Notes under the pieces: model-generated | What the model saw: the letters and a program-made list of their open reading frames with translations, nothing else | Told to the model about the DNA's origin: nothing | The model's database searches: none | Part shown: piece after piece, positions 27,187-32,000 of the stretch | How the letters are laid out: each line of letters begins with the position of its first letter | Position numbering within the stretch: the stretch's first letter is position 1 | Assembly (NCBI GenBank): GCA_002342295.1 | Contig: DDPR01000014.1 | Coordinates: 1 to 32,000, forward strand | Length of the DNA: 32,000 nucleotides | From: Burkholderiales bacterium UBA2463 | GTDB taxonomy: Bacteria > Pseudomonadota > Gammaproteobacteria > Burkholderiales > Burkholderiaceae_A | Direction: 5' to 3' | Made by a program: the position numbers and the translations under genes

Positions 27187-27900
27187 CTAGATGTGAACAA
27201 GTGTGCCCTCTTGCTCTCCGCGAACAGCGGCCAGGAGGGCGCCGGGCTTAAAGACACTGAGAACGCGAATTGGAAGGCGCTGATCGCGGCACAATGCAAA
27301 GGCTGTCGCATCCATCACCTTAAGGTTTTGGGCGATGGCTTCATCAAAGGTGAGGGAGGCATAGCGCGTCGCGGAGGGATCCTTTGCCGGATCAGCGCTG
27401 TACACACCATCGACCTTGGTTGCCTTGAGAACAATCTCAGCGCCAACCTCGGCCCCCCGGAGCGCGGCAGCGGTGTCGGTCGTAAAGAAGGGATTGCCCG
27501 TTCCTGCCGCAAATATCACCACCATCTTCTCTTCGAGGTAGCGGATGGCCTTCGGCCGGATATAGGGCTCGACCACCTGATCAATGCGCAGGGCCGACTG
27601 AACCCGGGCTTCCAGGCCCTTCTGCCGAATGGCATCCTGCAGTGCCAGGGCGTTCATGACGGTCGCAATCATGCCCATGTAATCCGCAGTGGCTCGATCC
27701 ATTCCCGTGGAGCCAAGCGCCACACCTCGAAAGATGTTTCCCCCTCCGATCACGATAGCGACCTCAGTTCCGTTGGCGACCACCTGCGCAATCTCGTCCA
27801 CGATGCCATCCAGTGTGGCCTTGTGGATGCCATAACTCTCCTCACCCATCAGGGCCTCGCCTGAGAGCTTCAAAAGAACGCGCTTAAAAGAGGTGGGCAT
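27187..27900 (-). CDS. pyrH: UMP kinase
   Basis: [16 protein letters not shown]..., [23 protein letters not shown]. Confidence 0.97.
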   Translation of the reverse strand: MPTSFKRVLLKLSGEALMGEESYGIHKATLDGIVDEIAQVVANGTEVAIVIGGGNIFRGVALGSTGMDRATADYMGMIATVMNALALQDAIRQKGLEARVQSALRIDQVVEPYIRPKAIRYLEEKMVVIFAAGTGNPFFTTDTAAALRGAEVGAEIVLKATKVDGVYSADPAKDPSATRYASLTFDEAIAQNLKVMDATAFALCRDQRLPIRVLSVFKPGALLAAVRGEQEGTLVHI

Positions 27901-27912
27901 GGGTCGAGCGAC

Positions 27913-28794
27913 TCAGGCGGCTGCGGCTGCGGCGGCGACCTCAGCAGCGAAGTCGGTGACTTTCTTCTCAATCCCCTCGCCCACGATGTAGAGGGTGAAG
28001 CTGTTGATCCGAGCGCCCTTGGCTTTGAGCAGTTGCTCAATCGTCTGCTTGCCGTCCTCCGCCTTCACAAAAACCTGACCGAGCAGCGTGACATCCTTGA
28101 GAAACTTCGCAACCGCTCCATCCACCATCTTGGAAACAATGTCCGCTGGCTTGCCGGACTCAGCGGCCTTCTCGGCCGCCACACGACGCTCAGTCTCAAT
28201 GCTGGCTGCATCTACGCCGGAGGCATCAAGCGCCTTGGGTTTCGAGGCAGCAATGTGCATCGCCAGATCACGGCCAAGGGCCTCGTCGCCCCCGACCAAA
28301 TCGAGGAGGACCCCAATCTTGGAGCCGCCATGAATATAGGAGTAGAACTGGCCCGCCGCCTCCTTGCGCTCAAAGCGACGAAGTGTGATGTTCTCTCCGA
28401 TCTTACCGATCAGGCCGGCGCGGACAGAATCAACGGTTCCATCTGCCAGCGGAAGCGCGAGAAGCGACTCCACCGAGGGCACATCATGCTGAAGCAGCAA
28501 CCGCGCAACATCTTGAGCCAAGGCCAAAAAGTCGTCATTCTTTGCCACGAAGTCGGTCTCGCAATTCACCTCAAGGATGCTGGCGAGCTTTCCCTCGACC
28601 AGGATCGAAACGATTCCCTCGGCAGTCACGCGCGCGGCGGCCTTGCTCGCTTTAGACCCCAGACGAACGCGCAGAATCTCTTCGGCCTTGGCCAGATCAC
28701 CCCCCGCCTCGGTCAGCGCCTTCTTGCACTCCATCATCGGCGCATCGGTCTTTTCGCGAAGTTCCTTCACCATGGCTGCACTGATCTCTGACAT
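27913..28794 (-). CDS. tsf: Translation elongation factor Ts
   Basis: [42 protein letters not shown] at 28794 with GGAGAAAGAG upstream; the track start at 28839 is an over-extension. Confidence 0.96.
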   Translation of the reverse strand: MSEISAAMVKELREKTDAPMMECKKALTEAGGDLAKAEEILRVRLGSKASKAAARVTAEGIVSILVEGKLASILEVNCETDFVAKNDDFLALAQDVARLLLQHDVPSVESLLALPLADGTVDSVRAGLIGKIGENITLRRFERKEAAGQFYSYIHGGSKIGVLLDLVGGDEALGRDLAMHIAASKPKALDASGVDAASIETERRVAAEKAAESGKPADIVSKMVDGAVAKFLKDVTLLGQVFVKAEDGKQTIEQLLKAKGARINSFTLYIVGEGIEKKVTDFAAEVAAAAAAA

Positions 28795-28884
28795 CTCTTT
28801 CTCCGAAAAATTGAAACGGTCCCACCCAGCAGGACTCAAAAAAAGGGGGCCTCAAGAGCCCCCAATGAATAACAGCGAGCTCGA

Positions 28885-29640
28885 CTAGCGGGACTCCTCA
28901 GCGGACTCAAGCTCGACAAACTCACTACCTGCCGAGACGGCTGTCACCACCTCGTTGAGTGCCTCGTGACGACCCTCCAAAATAGCGTCAGCCACTGCTC
29001 GGGCGTAGAGGCGCACAGCGCGGCTGGCGTCGTCGTTACCCGGGATCACATAGTCCACGCCATCGGGAGAGTGGTTGGTATCGACCACGGCGACCACGGG
29101 GATGCCCAGCTTGTTCGCCTCCTGAATCGCAATCTTGTGATAGCCGACATCGACCACGAAGAGGGCATCGGGGAGGCCAGACATGTCCTTGATGCCGCCC
29201 AGCGTTTTGTTGAGTTTGTCGAGTTCACGCTCGTGGGCCAGCGCCTCCTTCTTCGAGAGTCGCTCTAGACCGCCCTCCTCTGCGAGTGCCTCCATGTCTT
29301 TGAGGCGCTTGATCGAGGTCTTCACGGTCTTAAAGTTCGTGAGCATGCCTCCCAGCCAGCGCTGGTCGACGTAGGGCATCCCTGCGCGGGTGGCCTCTTC
29401 CTGAATGATGTCTCGGGCTGCGCGCTTGGTGCCCACGAACATAATGACGCCACGACGGGAAGAGAGTTGACGCACGAACTTGAGTGCATCAGCCATGTTG
29501 GCCACGGTGGCTTCGAGGTTGATGATGTGGATCTTATTGCGATGGCCAAAGATGAAAGGGGCCATCCGCGGATTCCAGAACCGAGTCTGGTGGCCAAAGT
29601 GAACTCCGGCCTCGAGCATTTCTCGCATTGAAACGGACAT
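28885..29640 (-). CDS. rpsB: 30S ribosomal protein S2
   Basis: [35 protein letters not shown] at 29640 with GGAG upstream; the track start at 29904 is an over-extension. Confidence 0.97.
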   Translation of the reverse strand: MSVSMREMLEAGVHFGHQTRFWNPRMAPFIFGHRNKIHIINLEATVANMADALKFVRQLSSRRGVIMFVGTKRAARDIIQEEATRAGMPYVDQRWLGGMLTNFKTVKTSIKRLKDMEALAEEGGLERLSKKEALAHERELDKLNKTLGGIKDMSGLPDALFVVDVGYHKIAIQEANKLGIPVVAVVDTNHSPDGVDYVIPGNDDASRAVRLYARAVADAILEGRHEALNEVVTAVSAGSEFVELESAEESR

Positions 29641-29791
29641 AGTGATCTCCAGCAAGGGTTGGGACAAGCAAGTCGGCACGGTCTCGATCGCGTCTCCCTC
29701 CCAAATGAAAACCCGACTGGTAGAGTGAGGACTCGACGAAACACCCTTGCGCCGCTTGCGAGGGTTAAAAACCTTGAGATTATAGCGACTT

Positions 29792-30613
29792 ATGGCCGTT
29801 TCTATCAAATCGAAAGACGATATCGCCGCGATGCGCGTGGCGGGACGGCTGGCCTCAGAGGTTCTTGACTTCATCACCCCCCATGTTCGGCCCGGCATCA
29901 CCACCGAAGAGCTCGATCGTCTCTGTCACGACTTCATCGTTCAAGAGCAAAAGGCCATCCCCGCTCCCCTGAACTACTGCCCCCCGGGCTACAAGCCCTA
30001 TCCCAAATCCATTTGCACCTCGATTAACCATCAGGTCTGTCACGGCGTTCCGGGACCCAAGCAGCTCAAGTCGGGAGACGTGCTGAATATCGACATCACC
30101 GTCATCAAGGATGGATACCACGGGGACACCAGCCGGATGTTTTACGTGGGTCCGCCATCGGTCGCTGCAAAGCGGCTCTGCGAGGTGACCTATGCGTGCC
30201 TGTGGAGGGGCATTGAGCAGGTCGCACCGGGCAAGACCCTGGGAGATATTGGTCATGCCATCCAGCGCCACGCGGAAGCGCACGGCTACTCTGTTGTGCG
30301 GGAGTTCTGCGGCCATGGGATTGGGAAGGTCTTTCACGAAGATCCACAGGTTCTCCATGTAGGACGCCCCGGCACCGGGATGGTGCTCGAAGAGGGCATG
30401 ACCTTCACCATTGAGCCGATGATTAACGCGGGCAAGCCAGACATTCGGGAGCTCGCAGATGGCTGGACCATCGTGACCAAGGACCACAGCCTGTCTGCGC
30501 AGTGGGAGCACACCGTGCTGGTCACCTCTGAGGGCTACGAGGTGCTCACCGTCTCTGCAGGAAGCCCCGATGTTGGACGCGCCCTCCCCCTCGCCCAGTC
30601 CATCGGCGCCTGA
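29792..30613 (+). CDS. map: Type I methionine aminopeptidase
   Basis: [25 protein letters not shown]..., metal ligands in [19 protein letters not shown] and the FTIEPM / EHTVLVT region. Confidence 0.96.
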   Translation: MAVSIKSKDDIAAMRVAGRLASEVLDFITPHVRPGITTEELDRLCHDFIVQEQKAIPAPLNYCPPGYKPYPKSICTSINHQVCHGVPGPKQLKSGDVLNIDITVIKDGYHGDTSRMFYVGPPSVAAKRLCEVTYACLWRGIEQVAPGKTLGDIGHAIQRHAEAHGYSVVREFCGHGIGKVFHEDPQVLHVGRPGTGMVLEEGMTFTIEPMINAGKPDIRELADGWTIVTKDHSLSAQWEHTVLVTSEGYEVLTVSAGSPDVGRALPLAQSIGA

Positions 30614-32000
30614 GGCGGCGTCGAGGGTCCTCGCGGCCAAACAGGCTGTCCTCACAGCTCGCCAGAAAAACGCAGACGGCTGGGTCGCAGCGCGCCCCGC
30701 CTCGCGCCTGCTCAAAGAGCTTGCCCGAGAAATTGATCGTGTCGTGCTCTCGCTCTGGCCAGAGGCGTCCCTCCCGGCCCTTGGTCTCTTTGCGGTGGGC
30801 GGCTACGGGCGGGCAGAGCTCGCTCCGTTCTCCGATGTTGACGTCCTGGTCTTGGCTCCCGAGACCGGCACAGATCAGCTCTCTGCCGAGGCTCAAGAGG
30901 CGCTCGGTTGCTTTTTGACAGCCCTCTGGGACTGTGGCCTCGATGCGGGACACAGCGTACGAACGCTCTCGGAGTGCATGACGCAGGCATCGGAAGACAT
31001 CACCGTCGCGACCGCCCTTCTCGAAGCTCGCCAACTCGCTGGCCCCTCCCATCTGGCCAAGGAACTCTCCACACGCTGGGCCCAGACCATCAACCGCAAG
31101 ACTTTTGCGGAGCGCAAGCTGTTGGAGATGCAGCAGCGCCACGGGCGTTTTCAAGACACTCCCTATGCCCTCGAGCCCAACGTCAAGGAGAGTCCGGGCG
31201 GGCTGCGCGATCTACAGGTCATTCTCTGGGTCTCAAAGGCATACGGTCTCGGGCAGTCATGGGCAGACCTTGCCAAGCGCAACCTCATCACCCCCGAGGA
31301 GGCCAGGCAGCTATCGCTTCAGCAAAACATGCTCCACACCATTCGCGCCCATCTGCACCTCTGCGCGGGGCGCCATGAGGACCGACTCGTGTTTGACCTT
31401 CAGGGGCAGGTGGCAAACCGACTAGGCTGCGAGGCCGCCGAAGGGCGAAGGGCCAGCGAAGTCATGATGCAGCGCTACTACCGAGCGGCCAAGATCGTTC
31501 AGCAGGTCAGCGCACTGCTTTTGGCAAACCTTGAACCGGCCCTGTGGGCTCTTGACCACGAAGGCAAGCCAGACACGCTCCCCATGGGGGCAACGCGCCC
31601 CATCGACGAGGAATTTCAAGAGACCAATGGGCTCCTCGACATTCGCGATGAGAACCTCTTTGAGCGATCTCCGCCGGCGATTTTGAGGGCGTTTCTGCAG
31701 ATGGAGCGAGCCTCCACTCGGCGGGGCATGACGGCTCGAACCCTGCGGGCCCTCTGGAATTCGAGGGATCGAGTAGACCGCGCATTCCGGGAGAACGCGA
31801 AGAACAAAGCACTCTTTCTGCAAATCTTTCAGGAGCCCCGGGGGATCGTTCATGCGCTTCGCGTCATGAACAACCTTGGCATCCTCGGCCGAATGCTGCC
31901 AGTCTTTCGACGCATCGTGGGACAGATGCAGCACGACCTCTTTCACGTGTACACCGTCGATCAGCACATCCTTCAGGTGATTCGAAACCTGCGCAGGCTC
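30570..32000 (+). CDS. glnD: [Protein-PII] uridylyltransferase/uridylyl-removing enzyme, 5' partial (477 codons, continues past the window end)
   Basis: My own translation of the frame starting at the ATG at 30570 (AGGAAG 5 nt upstream) is open to position 32000. It contains the GGYGRAELAPFSDVDVLVL nucleotidyltransferase motif, ESPGGLRDLQ, and the HD-domain start HDLFHVYTVDQH. It is absent from the ORF track because no stop lies in the window. Confidence 0.92.
   Translation, partial: MLDAPSPSPSPSAPEAASRVLAAKQAVLTARQKNADGWVAARPASRLLKELAREIDRVVLSLWPEASLPALGLFAVGGYGRAELAPFSDVDVLVLAPETGTDQLSAEAQEALGCFLTALWDCGLDAGHSVRTLSECMTQASEDITVATALLEARQLAGPSHLAKELSTRWAQTINRKTFAERKLLEMQQRHGRFQDTPYALEPNVKESPGGLRDLQVILWVSKAYGLGQSWADLAKRNLITPEEARQLSLQQNMLHTIRAHLHLCAGRHEDRLVFDLQGQVANRLGCEAAEGRRASEVMMQRYYRAAKIVQQVSALLLANLEPALWALDHEGKPDTLPMGATRPIDEEFQETNGLLDIRDENLFERSPPAILRAFLQMERASTRRGMTARTLRALWNSRDRVDRAFRENAKNKALFLQIFQEPRGIVHALRVMNNLGILGRMLPVFRRIVGQMQHDLFHVYTVDQHILQVIRNLRRL

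Noticed and set aside
27067-28791. Plus-strand ORFs 27067-27864 and 28033-28791
   Set aside because: They are antisense to pyrH and tsf.
29855-30715. 286-aa minus-strand ORF
   Set aside because: It is antisense to map and the start of glnD, both of which carry clear family motifs on the plus strand.
30546-31967. Minus-strand ORFs 30546-31154 and 31422-31967, and short plus-strand ORFs 30721-31425
   Set aside because: The whole interval is covered by one open plus-strand frame encoding GlnD (from the ATG at 30570). It is missing from the track only because it has no stop within the window.
1-32000. CRISPR arrays, tRNA/rRNA genes, large tandem repeats
   Set aside because: Scanning intergenic regions by eye revealed no regularly spaced repeats, cloverleaf-like segments or rRNA-like sequence.

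Overview
The window spans a junction between two very different kinds of DNA. Positions 1 to about 5500 are low-GC (about 35-40% by hand counts of sample lines). They form the integrase-proximal end of an integrative genomic island that sits directly against the 3' end of guaA, and its other end lies beyond the left edge of the window. The visible part of the island carries a 420-aa tyrosine integrase next to the junction and a second, core-only tyrosine recombinase of about 191 aa. It also carries a 185-aa ORF with HUH and Y-x-x-K motifs (rolling-circle Rep or Y1 endonuclease-like), a very acidic 150-aa ORF and a 187-aa orphan ORF. A small conserved-hypothetical ORF and a Pro/Lys/Thr-rich ORF that looks split by a frameshift in a poly-C tract complete the set. 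There are several perfect hairpins or palindromes. Positions 5504-32000 are about 55-65% GC and hold a classical, syntenic Burkholderiales-type housekeeping block. In order it reads guaA, guaB, rnfH, ratA, smpB, an orphan LivK-like binding protein, ppsA, ppsR, a SpoU/TrmH methyltransferase, rnhB, lpxB, lpxA, fabZ, lpxD, skp, bamA, rseP, dxr, cdsA, uppS, frr, pyrH, tsf, rpsB, map and the 5' part of glnD. glnD is missing from the ORF track because it runs off the right edge. Many ORF-track entries in the high-GC part are antisense artefacts or upstream over-extensions. I re-set several starts using conserved N-termini, Shine-Dalgarno (SD) sequences and ATGA overlaps. I saw no rRNA, tRNA or CRISPR array. 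The only part that could hold something new is the island, especially the minus-strand module HUH-like ORF / acidic ORF / mini-recombinase at 697-2724. All functional calls there rest on motif reading, not on database searches.
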